Source: Chrysomallon squamiferum (lineage: Eukaryota > Animalia > Mollusca). Taken from it: DNA of 64,000 bases. The translations under genes were made by a program, and so were the position numbers. The DNA is taken from assembly GCA_012295275.1 (NCBI GenBank), contig CM022669.1:12338001-12402000 (forward strand), written 5' to 3'. Shown here piece by piece: positions 22,868-37,891 of the stretch (position 1 is the stretch's first letter; each line of letters starts with the position of its first letter). The notes beneath the pieces were generated by a model that saw nothing but the letters and a program-made list of their open reading frames with translations, ran no database searches and was not told the origin of the DNA.

Positions 22868-25800
22868 AGACATTAAAAAGAAAAGAAATAATTGTGGATT
22901 AAGATATCTTTTGTTCACTATACATGATTCACAATGTGTTTCACATTAATTGTACACACATTTAAAAGTAGGTTCATATTAATTGTTATTATTTTTCCCA
23001 GTATGTTTTTGTTTAACTACATATGTTTAGAAATTTAGATGCCGTTTTTTTGTTTTGTTTTATTAAATGTTTTGTATTAATAGTGCATATGTTTAGAAAT
23101 AGGTATGCATTAACTGCACTAATGTTTAACAATATATTTTGTTTAAAATCTGTGTGATTAGAAATTAACTGTAAATATATTTCATGTTTTAAAATATTTT
23201 TAAGACTCTGTTTAACAACTAGAGCCAAATTATCTGTACAGTATGTATGTATCTGCGTGTGTGTGTGTGTGCGCGTGCGCGCGTGTGTGTGTATATATGT
23301 ATATATTAACTGTTTAATATGCCGCAAAACTCATTTTATGTTCATTTTAAATGTTTCAAAATACATTTTGTAGTAAGTATCATTATTTTTATAACTTATA
23401 TGTTAACTGTACATGTTTCACAATATGTTTAAACTGAATGTTCATGTTACAAATAAGTTTATATTAATGGTATAACATTTTTCAAACTATTGTTAACATC
23501 AACAGTAAAAAAAATGTATTAACTGTATATGTATTGCTCGATATATTTTATATTAATTGTACATACATTAAGAAATAGATTTTATGTTAATTATATATGC
23601 ACTTAGAAAAAGGTTTACATTATACATGTACAATATTTTATATTGTATATATGTGTAGAAATTCATTTCAGTTTATCTGTATATATGTTAAATAATGTTT
23701 TATATCAAGTGCCAATGTTTTAGTATATGTTACTCTGAATACAGTTTTAGTATGTTTAAAAAATTTATATATATATTTTTATTATAATTAAAAAGAAAAT
23801 ATTTCCAATGGTTTCTATTATTTTATTATTTTATATTTTAAAGTTTATGTTATGTTTTTAGTTCAAATGTTTGAAAAATTCATTTCAGAAGTTTGTAACT
23901 AAAATATTATTTGCTAAATACTAGTCTTAAAAATTGTTAATACACTTTATAATTAAAAATATTGTGATATACGTCCACTATTTTCAGTTTAGATCTTTAT
24001 TTTTTTTCTATTTAGTTCTATTTAGTTTTTTTTTGTGTTTTTTATATATATATATTATTATTATTATTATTATTTTTTTTTTTTTAGTGTTTGTGTTTGA
24101 TGGATTTTATTAGTGTGTACATTTATATATAATAACATGAAATATGTATATATTGTATTTGTATATTCAGAAAAATAAAGCAACCTTTTTTTTAATTTAA
24201 TCTTTACATTTTCAAGTTGTTATTATTAATAAGTGTAGATAGAGACAATGCCATCCATCTAAAATGTTTTAATGGAGATAAAAAAGAAACAGTCTAAATA
24301 TACTTTGTGTACTTCCAGGTTAGGTTTTATTTGTTTTTTTTTGCCATCAGATAATGTAGTATAAAATCTTTTTCTTTCTTTCTTTATCGATCTCCATCAG
24401 ATTGCGATTTCTCCCTTTTTGTCAGGTCTTGGCATACGTAAGTAGTATGTATGTGTGGCACTTCCTGTTGACCGCTATGCAGACCATATGTCTACAGTAG
24501 TGTAGCTGGTGATTTGTTTTACACTTGAGAATGATCCTGATTGGTCCATCATTAGGGTCAGAAGATCTGGTGACTGTATCGTCCAAACGTTGTTGACATT
24601 ATCATGTCTGCATGAAGTGGGGGATGGGGGGGTTGGGTATAGAATGTTAATGGGTTCATGAATGTCTGGAACTGTGAAGAATTATTGCAGATCTTTTTCT
24701 CTGGTCATAAAATGAAACTTGAAATTTTAGATCTGCGTCTGCATGACTGAGCATGTTGGTAGGATGGACGGTTTTGTCTGAGATGGAGATAGTATTGCTA
24801 TGTGTTGATGGTGGCTACATTCCTTCTTCTTTTAACAGGCTGTTTTGCTTAAGATTTAGTTGCTTAAAAAAAAAAAAGAGTACAGTTTCAAAATATGTTT
24901 TTTGCCATCTGTCTTGGTTGTTGTAAACTGAAGAGGTTTAGGGTCATTCAGTTGTTCTAAATAATGATAATAATAGTAATGATGATGATAATAATAATAA
25001 TAATAAATAATAATAGTAAATAAATCAATTAATTAATCTGTCTTCTGAAAAAGTACAGTTTTTAGTCAGCCAAGCATGTAAAACAAAAAAATATAAGAAT
25101 TAAATAATCTCACATACAATTGCAAACAAAAAATGGTGCAACAAGAAAATAATAAATAAATAAATAAATAAATAAATAATAAAATAAAATAATGTCTTCA
25201 GAAAAAGCTATTAGTCAGCCAAGCATGCAATGATGTAATGACTCCAGGAGTAATAACATAAAATGGTTGCATTAGAAACAGAATTGTTTAGAATTCTTTT
25301 AATGAAGAAGACCCCCTCCAATAACCTTACAAGCAAGCATTAACAAAAACAGATACAACCACAAAATAACAACAACAACAACCACTACTATTACAAAAGT
25401 AAAGATAATGAGGCAAAACGAATAAAAAAGTATCTCATTGTGTTTAATCTGCCGATTATTTATGATACGTACATAAGATGGTAATCAATCAGAATAGTAT
25501 GGCCTTAAGTTAGTGACTGATGGAAAATTGTTTCTATGACCTATATCACGTCCAGTTTTAGACTGGTACAACCTTATCTTTGTGTATTCAGTTTCATCGC
25601 GAGAAAAGATCCAGTCTAATGAAAATCATTTCCGGAACAAGCTGCAAAAACAAAATGACAACATTATTTCATTAAGTTCAAGTTAATATTATAAAACATT
25701 TTTAATCCGACATGGATTTTTTATTGACTTGAATTTTGTTTCGAACAAAGGAATAGCTGTATGTGTTATATTTTAAAGGATTTATGATTAACTTTATTCA

Positions 25801-25913
25801 ATATTTGATGTTTCACCGTTTAAGAATTTCAATTTGGTATTAATATTTCTGATTTCATTTGTTGTATTCTTTGGTGTTAATATATATTAACAATTGATCA
25901 GGACATTTGTACA

Positions 25914-27829
25914 ATGGTTGAATGTTGTACTAAGAGAAGAATGGTGGCAGCAGTCATTATTTTAATAAGGTTAGTAATTTGTGAATTATTTAATTTATGT
26001 ATTTATAAGTAAAAATTATTGTAACCATACAATGAATGAAGCGTACATTAACATGATTAACTTGTGCATTTAAAACGTAAATAATTCATTATATTAAAAT
26101 TATAAATTTAATTTTGTTTATTTTTCATTCATTATATTTCAGTTTGTCTGTATTAACATTAGTATTGGAAAACAGATGGTCTTTTCAACACAAACTGAAA
26201 GAAGCACAAATATCTTCTAAAGGTATATTTATTAATTTATGTTCAGTGAGAAAGACTGTTTTATATTATTGTTATTTTTTCAAATTAAAACCAGGTATAA
26301 ATAGTACTTGTTTTTATTTATTTATTTATTTATTATTTTTTTTAAAAGCATATCCACTGAACTAACTTTACAGAAAATGGACAACAAGTATTAACAGTCA
26401 AATGCAACAGTTACCATGATATATATATTAACTGCTAGTCAGCTGTTTTAATAGAAAAAGTTCAGTGATACAGATGATTTATAACAGCTGAATGATAATT
26501 ATCAAGTTATTATTATATTTATTTTAATCTTCAAGCTCATTTGCGTCCAGTATTGATCAGTAAATTAGAATATATATTATTTTCTGAGTTACTCTATTTT
26601 TATGAAAATATTTAGATTATTAATAAAAAGATCATTAAGAACTGCAACACATTCTCTGAGCCCTATAATAATAACAATAATTTGATTATTAATTTCAGTA
26701 AATGTTAATGAAAGTTGTCATTCCAACAAGTTTAAAGTTTTGGATACCTGTAAAAAATGTCCAAGAGAAGAGTTGGTAAGAAATTTAATTTATTTAATTT
26801 ATTGCCAACAAAAGATACAAATAAGTAATAAATAAAAATGAGGATGCAGATAAAAGAAAACAAACACAAACAAAACAAACCAAAAAAAAAAAAAAAAAAA
26901 AAAAAAAAACAACAAAACAAAACAAACATTTGTCACTTAAAAGAAAATTCATTTTTTGTTTATTCCATTTTATTAAAATTAATTATTTAACCCAAATATG
27001 TTAATTTGGATAATTAAAATTTTTTGTTCATTCATTAGTCACATGAAATTACTGTATTAGTTCAAAAAATAATAATAGTAATAATAAAAAATATATATTA
27101 TTTTGCGTAGATCTTCGAGAATGCTGATTTAATCTTTTATTAAAACATTCTTTTCTTCTTTTTTTTTTTAGAGAAAGTTGCTGCCATTTTGTATGGAAAC
27201 AGGATACAAACAACTGGTTGAATGTGAGAATGGGAAGACAGTGTTTAGATGGTAAGAATATATCGTACTAATAAATTTATACATGAAATAGTAATAAATG
27301 CATCACAAGTAAATAGTGTTCAGAAATTTATCAATTTTTGTTCATTTGAAGTTGAAGTACTTTGAAAACTGTTCAGTAAAAGTGTGATGAAAAATAAAAT
27401 TAGTGTATGTGTTTGTAAATATTTGTGTGTTTTTGTGTGTGCGAGTGTGTGTGCATGTATATGCAAGTATGTGTGTGTGTGTGCATGTTTATGTGAGTGT
27501 GTGTGTGTGTGTTTTTTATTTGTTACTTTGTGTATGAATTTGTATAGTTCGAGTATCTAAATTTGTAATTACACTGTGTATGGTTTGTTTTGCACACACA
27601 TTAAAAATGAGTGGAAAAATATGTCTCCATTGCATCACAATAACACATTATTATTTTCTCTCTCAGGTGTGCTATTACAGCTGAAGTGGAAGCCAGATCT
27701 TTCTGGATTTTTGAAACTGTAAACATAGCTCTGGCAGTTTCTGCTTACACATTTGTACATTTTCGAAGACGAAAATTAGACCGCTTGATGATGGACAAAA
27801 TAAACAGACAGATAGGGGATGGAGTGTGA
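25914..27829 (+). CDS. JTB: Protein JTB (jumping translocation breakpoint) homolog, 5 coding exons, 151 aa
   Basis: Exons 25914-25969, 26143-26222, 26699-26775, 27172-27251, 27667-27829, all GT-AG and phase-consistent. Protein MVECCTKRRMVAAVIILISLSVLTLVLENRW...CHSNKFKVLDTCKKC...CMETGYKQLVEC...FRWC...EARSFWIFE...RRRKLDRLMMDKINRQI matches the JTB Cys pattern and the FWxFE and RxxxLDR...KxxxQI C-terminus. AATAAA lies just after the stop. Confidence 0.9.
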
Positions 27830-29070
27830 CTGGTTTAAATAAAAATAAATTTTGTTTTCGTTTACATAACTTGTTGACTTCTTCTTCAGTATTTTTCTTA
27901 AAATTTTGTATTCAATTGTTTGTTTATGTTATATATTATTATTTTAGTTGCAGTTTCTTTTGGACATTTTGAAATGAATAAACATGAGCAAGAAAACTCT
28001 GTGATAGATAAATAAGTTTGTTTATTAGTATGTGTTAGGATTTTAAGCCATATATTGTTTCATCTGAACAGAGAGAGGAGGATTTATTTGCTTTGATACA
28101 AGTATAACAGATATTTTGGTTTGTTATTTAGGTTAACTGTTGCTGTTAATATCATTAGGCCTGAAAAAATGTATCTTTAAATATTAATTAATATATTATT
28201 AAATGAATTTTGGTTGTGAAGATTTACATATTATAAATTGTTATAGCCCTTGAGCTGATTTTCAAAACAGGTCTGAAAAATAGTTTTTCCTGATAGTTCC
28301 CAGGAATATTTTAGATCTGGTAGTTCTCACAAATTTTGTTGTCACGAATTTGATAGAGCAGTTTGAAAGGGGGTGGGTACAAAATGTATATTTTAGAATA
28401 TATTCAAAGTTGTTAGTTGGTGTCACAATCAATAATCAAATTATTCCATTTGTTCAGGGTTAACACTAGCAATGTTATTTGTGGAAAAAAAAAAATTAAA
28501 ATTGATTACCCAAAGCAGCCACATTTCAAAATGGCCACTATCAGAATTAATTTGGGACACAATTTTCTCCATTCCAATAAATTTGTTCATTATGGCAAGA
28601 ATATTTATGTTTTGGGGCTTTTGTGTCGACTCAGCCTTATTGAAATATTTAAAGCGTCAAAATGTATTCTATATTAACATTTCTGATTTAATCGGCACCA
28701 GTAATTAGTAATTTACATGTAATTTAATTAATAATTAAGTAATAACAATTTAATAAACGTATACAGTAACTAGGTCTTTTCTTCACCGACGTGTTTCTCT
28801 ATACAGAATGTTTTCAGTGTAAGCCGAGAACAATAATTTAACAGTTGTAATCTCAAAAAGGCTCAAAAGACTGTGTCGCTGCTTATCAAAGAAAATTTGT
28901 TTCTGCAGCGTCCGATTTCCTTTTGAAAGAGAATTTCTTTAGCACAAATTGTAACGTACGTTTTTAGATGCTTTTAAAATTGTTTAGCTATAGCACTGTG
29001 TTGAACGTTTCTCTGCATGTCCGTGCTGAATGTAGTAGTAGTAGTAGTGATGATGATAATTTTTAATATA

Positions 29071-29781
29071 CAGTATACCCTCACCTATTCGCGGTTCCCC
29101 ATTCGCGGCCCCGCATATTCGCGGGTTAGGCTCTTAACCCTATCGCATCGTATGCTGGTATACCAGGCTAGCGTCATAACGTCATAAAAACAAATGCTCG
29201 GTAAACCGCACAAACAATATCAAATTTTTTCAATTATTATTGCAATACAGTACGTATTTTTTTTATAAATGCATACACTGTATATACAGTGCATATTTTT
29301 TGTGACCGTGTATTAATAATGTTTTTAATTGTATATTATTACCTGAACTGTGCGTACTGTATTTATCTGTCTGTTTTGCCTTTAAATTTGTTCCACTTTC
29401 TGTCAATTCTAATACATATGTTGTACGCATAGAAAATGACTTTACGGTGCAGTAATACAGTATGGGTAACTATGCTATGCGGTGTTACTGTCCTCCTGTA
29501 CTTACGTTTCTTTCTGATTAAAATATTGTTTCAGTACAAAATTAAAATGTGTTTACATTATCATTACTACATTAGTGAAATACATAACTGCATGCAATAT
29601 TACTACATTATTACTGTATTAATTAGTAAGAGTGTCTTTAGAAAGTGTTTGGGAAGCATTTAGTACCGTATATAATCTCATAATAGACGTTTTAAAACTG
29701 CATCCAATATTCGCGGTTTTTCGCTATTCGCGGGGGGGGGGGGTAAAGAACGTAACCCCCGCGAATAGCGAGGGAATTTTT
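29071..29781. mobile_element. pogo/Tigger-like (Tc1/mariner) non-autonomous element
   Basis: ta|cagtataccctcacctattcgcgg at left and ccgcgaatagcgaggg at right (inverted). Repeated ATTCGCGG subterminal motifs at both ends. The extreme right end has decayed. Confidence 0.7.
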
Positions 29782-30911
29782 AATATATATATTTTTGTGT
29801 GTTTCTGTGCGCGTACATGCATATAAAAATAGAGAAGAAGTATGTATATGTGTACAAAAGAGAACGAGAAAAAGTCTTTTGAAATAAATTATTTAAAAAA
29901 CAACAAACAAACAAACAAAACAACCCAGCTGTAAATAAACCACAAAGAAAAGAAACAAAACAACAACAACAACAACAAAATAATAAATAAATAAATAAGT
30001 GTATGGAAATGCAGTTTATTTTATAAATTAAGCAACTCATTAAAAAGTAAAGAATTTTGCAATTGTTTACACGATGTATCAAGTTTTTTAATTATTCAAA
30101 ATTATAATTTAATTTTAATTTACATTTACAGTTTTAATAATATTATTATCGTTATTGTTGTTGTTGTGGTTATTATTGATGTTGTTATATCAATAGGAAT
30201 ATAACATAACAATATGAAATAATCTGTAGATTTGTAACACTAAATAATTTATACAGATCAATATATGTTTAATTATATCAACACAAAACCTAGGTATTTG
30301 ATATGACAGTTATTTATTTATCTAAACTCAGACAATAAAAAGATTTTAGCTCCTACTGTTCATTCATACACCATTATACTACAAATAATAAGTAATATAT
30401 ATGCAAAACATCGCTATTGTCAACATTTGTAATATCTGTAATACATCGATATTGTTAACATAGCAAACAGTCATGACTGTGAACACGTTCAAAGATTCAT
30501 TCTTAACCAGTTGCGACAACTTGTAATTTATGCTGCTGTCATTATGCAACATTTGTTTGAAATATCAATATCCATATCTACATGCTTGTTTGGTTTAATA
30601 ATTATGGTGGAACCATGATGTAGCTGCACTGAAACACGGCTGTCATGGATATTCAGTATTCACCAACATCGATTGAAAAAAAAAATGGTTGTGCGCACAA
30701 ATGCATCTGCATCTGATTATAATAAAACATATTATTTCATCATCTGTTGTGTCTGTTTATGAAACGATGGAACGATAAAAGGAAAACGCCCGTATTCAGG
30801 CATTTATTTATTTATTTAATTTTTGATTAATATTATAATTATAATTATAATTATTTTATTATTATAATTATTATTATTATTATTATTATTATAATTATAA
30901 TAATAATAATA

Positions 30912-30953
<42 letters not shown>

Positions 30954-31356
30954 TTATTAATTTATTTATTTATTTTGCATAATATTATTGCTGCATTTGT
31001 ATTATTACGTCTGCCATAATTCAGTAATTCAGGTTTTTCAGATTAAAACTAAACAGATTTTGTTATTTTTTCTATTATTATTATTTAGGACTGAAGGATA
31101 AACCAAATAGCCGGTTACTGTCTTAAGATATCAGCTTTATCCTGCTTGGGTCCAATGTAGCTCGGCAGGACCTCGCTGCAATGCGGCATTATAACCTTCG
31201 CAGGATAAAACAGATATGTTGAATAGTAACTAACAGTTTCTTTTATATCTATGTATGTATGTATGTATGTGTTTGTGTGTGTATGTGTGTGTATGTATGT
31301 ATGTATGTATGTATGTATGTATGTATGTATGTATGTATGTATGTATGTATGTATGT

Positions 31357-31391
<35 letters not shown>

Positions 31392-32744
31392 CATGTATGT
31401 ATGTATATATATGAAACCTGATAAAGGGCTGATAAATACTTTGTAGGCGTATGATTATATTTCATTATGGTATCATATTTTCACTGAAATGGATCTCATT
31501 TGAAAGAAAATTAAAGAAAGAAATAAAGACATAGGATGCCACAGGTATGTATTTAACCGTCGGGTGGATTAATTCTAGTGCCGCATTGCAAAAAGCTGAT
31601 TGTCATTCTGTGTTTATCAGAGATTACAGTCCCGTGTTCCCTGACATAACACGATCAACAGTAAACCATTATTCATCGAAACCCTCTTTCAGAACTTCAT
31701 TCTGCCGTAGGACTTTTTGACACCAAGCCTTTATTGATGAGGGAGAATTTTTTTTTTTTATCAAGATACCACTGACACAGAAAAGGGCCGGTGCACATAA
31801 ATGGAACTCGGTGGACAGTCAAAAAAAAAAAACAAATCTCCGTTCGTCATTCATCTGTTGAACAGATCAGCTTACACCACACGTGCATCGCTTCCCTAAT
31901 TCTTTTCTTTTTTTTTCTTTTAGTGAAATCCGCTGGTTATCTTCGGCTGGGCTATCTACTTACACGCGGATTTGTTAGCCGAACGAATAAAAACAGTATC
32001 GGTTTACGCCGGTCATTGTTGTCCCAAGCACCGAGCAGATCATTTAGAATCGGAGAGAGCTATCTTACTGTTCTTCAAGATGGGGAAGAATCTGACGGGA
32101 GCCGGCCCAATTTGTGCACGGGATACAGGATTCCCTCTGCACCGTGCGCCTTCTGACGTGGCGAACAATGGCTGTCGTCTTGACGGCTTTTAATTTGTCA
32201 GACGTGAATATCGTGCAAGACGTCGGTGTAACGTGAAAGATGATAACGCATACAGGTGGCTGACTACAAGATTTGTTGCCGTCGCAGTTTTGTAAGAAAC
32301 AAGAGGCATGTTCAGCATAATCCGCTTGAAGAACAACAGCAGGCCTACCTAATGGAAGATCTCGCATCCATTTACGACAGTCGTTGGGCAGTTAAGGCTC
32401 TATAGCAGACGCCCTCCAAATTATTTTATTTTCCCCTTGTTTTCAGTACCTTAACGGCAGTGCGCGCATTAATTTAAAACAGATTAATTAATAAACACAA
32501 CTGATGAGATATAAATTTGTTCAGATTTGTTAAACTGAATAATTTAATGTTAATACGAACCGCAGAATCATCATTGTCGTCATCCCTCCATATTCACAAA
32601 ATTCTAATAAAAGTCATAAGGAAATCTTTGAATATGCCTATGGTGATATGACTAGTCCACATATAATTCAGTTAGCAGCATACATATTTGTTTTGTTGTT
32701 TCTTCTTCTTCTTCTTTTTGTTTTTAAACCACATAATTTAAAAT

Positions 32745-33012
32745 ATAGGTTTTCAGCCTGAGGATCGCGAGATCGTTCTTGAGCGAGGGTATGGTTTACT
32801 TTTCTTCAACTTGACTTGAAAGGAGGAATAAATAAAAACGTGTAGCTAGGTTTGGGACCCGTCATAGTGAATATAGATTCCTTTTGTACTGTCTTTGGTT
32901 GATGAAAATATGGTAACCCTAGATATTATTGAATCAAAATTTTAAAGGGGGTCATCGGTCATATTGAGTTGCTCACAAGGGGTCGCGGTACGAAAAAGGT
33001 TGCAAACCAGTG
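32745..33012. mobile_element. hAT-Charlie/MER5-like MITE remnant
   Basis: Right end ggggtcgcggtacgaaaaaggttgcaaaccagtg resembles Charlie-type TIRs. Decayed left end ggttttcagcctgaggatcgcga. Confidence 0.5.
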
Positions 33013-34981
33013 ATTTAAAGTATTAAATGAAGCACGAAAAAGTCGTCTGTTTGTAGTTTCTCGTGTTATTTTTAACTTTATTATTAACAAAAGTTCAGAA
33101 ACAGTAGCATTCAATCAAAGCATATAAAGCGTATTTAGTTTGTGTTTGTACACAAAACGTACATTTTACAATGAAATTCAGTGACTGAACAGTACTTCAC
33201 TGGGGAATCATCATCAAAACAAAGTCACAGTACCCTGTTTGACAAAACTTCTGACTTTTTTTTATTTTTTATCATTGTTATTCAGCATGATGAAATCACT
33301 CTACAGAGTTTACCAACGTGTAATAACATTCATTATTATATTAATGCAATTTCGGTGGATAATACGTTGGTTATTAAACCTTTCGATTATAAAAATGAAT
33401 CGGAGACACAGAAAGAATTCAACGACACAAAAACAAGGGTGTATGTTATTTCATTTCCTTGTAATTTGATCAAACAATAGATTTCTACTTTGAGCTCAAA
33501 CCAAATATAAGCTGAACAGATTAAAACTCAGAGTTTTGCAAAGACAACTGAATTCAATTTACCTCATTTACTCTGTCTGATGTTGACCACACCACCCAAT
33601 TAAAACTACTGGTGTTCTTCGGCGCGGGATTCTGCTCGTGCCGACCTCGTGCAGTGTCTTCTGGAACGCCTATTGAAATAGGCACCAATCCCCATAATAA
33701 TTATTGTAATAGGAAAAATCAACTTTGTGTTTGGTTATAAAAAAAAAAATATTAAAAAAAATATATAAAAAGGGTGGGGGGGGAAAAGAAGAAATCAAAC
33801 CCAGAATTAGAAATGTTTTAGTTTTTTATATTTTTATTTTGCCCGTCAGATACATTTTTATTTTATTTTTTAAATTTTATTTTAAAGCATGTTTGTGATT
33901 CTTTAAAATTTAAATAAATAATTAAAATATATTTTTGATGCCCTTTTTCGTATTAACACTTAGTATAAATATTATAAAGTAATTTATTATCTATCTATCT
34001 ATATATGTGTGTGTGTGTGTGTGTGCATCAAAAGAGAAAATATCACATATAATTATATTAATTAGTAACACTTAAAAATCTGCATAATATATATAATATA
34101 TTTTTTTATCAGGATGGTCACTATAAAAACGAACAAAGAGAAAACAGCATATGTGTGTTAATGATATTTTAACGTCATTCATAACATTCATTTCAAATAT
34201 AAGCGATACGGTGTTTACATTATCGTTGATAATTATAGATCTTGTTTTGCCATTTTCCCCATCATAGTTCTGAACTGATAACCAATAAAATAATCCTGCA
34301 TAACGAATACATGTTTTGAAGCAGATTATTCTTCTGGCAAAAATAATAATACTGCTGCAAGATAATTTTTCGCCGTGTGATTTAATTTTAAATAACCATG
34401 TTCTTTTATTAATTAAATAGCGAGCGTAAATTGTTCTTCAGTTGCTATTTTGTACATCCATTGAGATAGCGTTTGGTTATAACCATATGGTGCCTGGATC
34501 GACGAAGGCAAAACAAAACAAAAAAAGTGACATTAATACTGTACAAAACCCTCTCATTTATCTAGCTACATTTCTGAGAGAAACTACATTATTTGAAACT
34601 GATAAGTATAAATGTAAAAAATAACACAGTCGACCATGATTTTTTTTTTTTTTTTTTTTTTTTTGTTCGTCCGTTATCTTGAAGTCGGCGATTTGATTTT
34701 TCGTTCGATTCTGCTTTGTAATTTCCTCCTTGGTTGATACGCTCTTGTCATGTTATCTTTAGCAGCAGGCACCTTTCAAATGCAACGATTCAGTTTGTTT
34801 GATTTTAGATTGCGCTTAGTGACTAAAGTTGAAACAGGTGTTTCATTCAAAGTAATCAGTGAACTTACTTTATTTTTTAGTTATATGATAACAAATTTGC
34901 TTTGAAGAAATAGTAGTAATAGTTGTAGAACTAGTAGAAAAAGTATATTTAATTAAATACATATATTTGTACATTAGAATC

Positions 34982-35015
<34 letters not shown>

Positions 35016-36029
35016 CAAATTATAATCACCACAGATTTAATGTTTATACTGTTTTGAAATTAAAATACAAAGAATGAAAGAAACAAAGAAACAAAACACA
35101 AACAAAATCAAACAAACAAAAACAGTCAAACAACAACATAAAAACAACAAAAAAAAAAGAAAAAAGAAAAAAGTAAATGAAAGAATAAAAGAATGAATCA
35201 ATAAAACAACTAAATAACAAAAATATATAAATAAAATTATATTTAAAAAAATACACACAGTTAAGTTAATTTTATTAAATGAAGAAGTGAAAAGTAATCA
35301 AATATGACAATGTATTACAAAAAACATAATACAAATGATAAAATAATAATAATAATAATAATATAATATTAATAATAATAAATAATAGTAATAATAAATA
35401 AATAAACAATAATAATAATAGTAGTACTAGTAATATTTATTATTATTATTATTCTTGCTATTGTTGTCATTTAATTTATTATTATTATAATTATTATTTA
35501 TTTATTATTATTATTATACTATCATTATTCTTGTTGTTCTTGCTGTTATTTATTATTATTATAACAATTACTTTATCGTTTATTATTACTGTAGATGTTG
35601 TAGTAGAAGCTGATACTGTTACTACTACTTTTACTGCTTATTTAGAAATACAATACAAATAACCTCATCTCGACCTCACACGCTGTCAGTTTCAACACAC
35701 TTTATAATATCTTTGATTCATTTGTATAATGAATTCTCAGTTAATACGAGCAATCAATTGTGCATTTATCATGCAAGGCCTGGTACATTACTGGCTTTAT
35801 TGTCACTCGAAACAAAATCACAGTGCTCTGTTTATTGACGTGTGAAAAATTTTGCAATCTTTCTCCCCGTTGTTGATAGCCAGTGCAAAGAAGCGACAGA
35901 ACATTATCCATTAACAAAGCAGCTTGTGTTGTAAGGATGATCTGAGTTCGTATAGGGTAAATGTAGATGTGTAAATAAATAAAATAACAAACAAACAAAC
36001 AAACAAACAAACAAACAAACAAACAAAAA

Positions 36030-36076
<47 letters not shown>

Positions 36077-36700
36077 AAAAGCCCCAAATATATGTAAATA
36101 TATGTATAAAAGATTAAAAGCCTTCGGTCATTATTTATAGAATAATAATAATTATAAAAAATAATTTTAATGAGCAATAAATTTACTGAGATAAACAATA
36201 AAAACTAAAGATATATCTATCTATCTATCTAAATATGTAATAACTTTGACATTCAGTTGAAGATCATTGCAAGGCAGCAGGGTGTACGATGTTACTGGTC
36301 GAAAATCACGGCTGCAACATTTTCTTTTCGTATGGCGTAATATAACGTCATCTAACCAAAAACACGTTACGTTATTAAATGAACATAAATTATGCAAGCT
36401 CATGGAAACCGATTAACCAAAAACGTTAAATGTCGCGGTCGATGAGATGGACACCACCAACATAAATTTTGCCAAAATCCGTGGTCATCGCCACCACATC
36501 ATCGTCCCAACCAATGTCATACACGACAGTGGTTAAAACTATTTTGTCAGAATTCTTTGAGAACTCACAAACACATTCGCTTACATATATATATGCTCTT
36601 GCGCACATAGACACTAAAAACATGTTCAGTACTTGTATATTTTTGTTGCTTTAAGTTCTTTGCTACTCTCACAAATGCATAGTTCTGACGAATGAGAGAC

Positions 36701-36778
<78 letters not shown>

Positions 36779-36858
36779 TAATAATAATAATATTAACATT
36801 AATTTACAACTGTAGTACATAAAACATGTTTATTCCACGTATCACTTCTCAGTACTTC

Positions 36859-36951
<93 letters not shown>

Positions 36952-37112
36952 CCATATATTACTTACAATGGATAAAATAATTATCATAATTTGTTATTAA
37001 CGAATATTAGTATCTAAAAAGTGAAACAGTAACTTAGAAATAAAATATTTTTAGCTAGTGATCAAATTCTTTAATAATTAAAAATAATAAAATAAATAAA
37101 TAAATAATATAT

Positions 37113-37181
<69 letters not shown>

Positions 37182-37585
37182 TTATATATAGAATAGAATA
37201 GAATAATAAAATCAAAATATGCTTAGTCTTGATTCACTGTTATTCGTTCAGATGTTTAATTTGTTTTAACATGGACTCAGCTTATTTCGTATTCGTGCAT
37301 TTCTACTATAAAACCCTTTCTAATAGAACAATACATATTCTAATAGAATATGGGTCCTGAAGCTGCTAAAATATACTGGCAAAGTGATGGGGAAAATTAC
37401 AGTAGTCTTCTAATTTGGGCAGAATAATTTTATTGTTATACTTTATTATTAGCAAACATCACTCGCCTATCCAAATAAAGTAATACGTTGGAAGTATCAT
37501 CATGTAATTATTTTGTTTTTACATCGGTTGGAAACAATAACAGCATTTGAAAATAATAATGATGATGATGATGATGATGATGATG

Positions 37586-37624
<39 letters not shown>

Positions 37625-37837
37625 TTACTGATTTAAAATAACATTAACTACATTAATAGCAACTATTAATAATTTTTCCAAATGCAGTGGACTAAAAAAA
37701 AAAAAAAAAAAAAAATAAAGAAATAAATAAAAAAAAAAAATAAAAATAAAAAAAAAATAAAAAAATAAATCAAATCAAATAAATGAAAAAAACAGGAAAG
37801 AAGAAGAAGAGGAAGAAGACATATTTGACAAAAACCG

Positions 37838-37891
<54 letters not shown>

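Noticed and set aside
24380-24850. Complex block between the Ig receptor and JTB with a gtaagt donor-like site
   Set aside because: No sustained ORF or recognisable motif. Could be a decayed TE or UTR exon but cannot be supported.
26374-26410. Possible extra JTB exon after ctttacag
   Set aside because: No convincing in-phase donor, and the JTB model is complete and of normal length without it.
31791-32367. Several 70-120 aa ORFs in a GC-elevated island
   Set aside because: No domain similarity or consistent splice pattern. Treated as a non-coding island.
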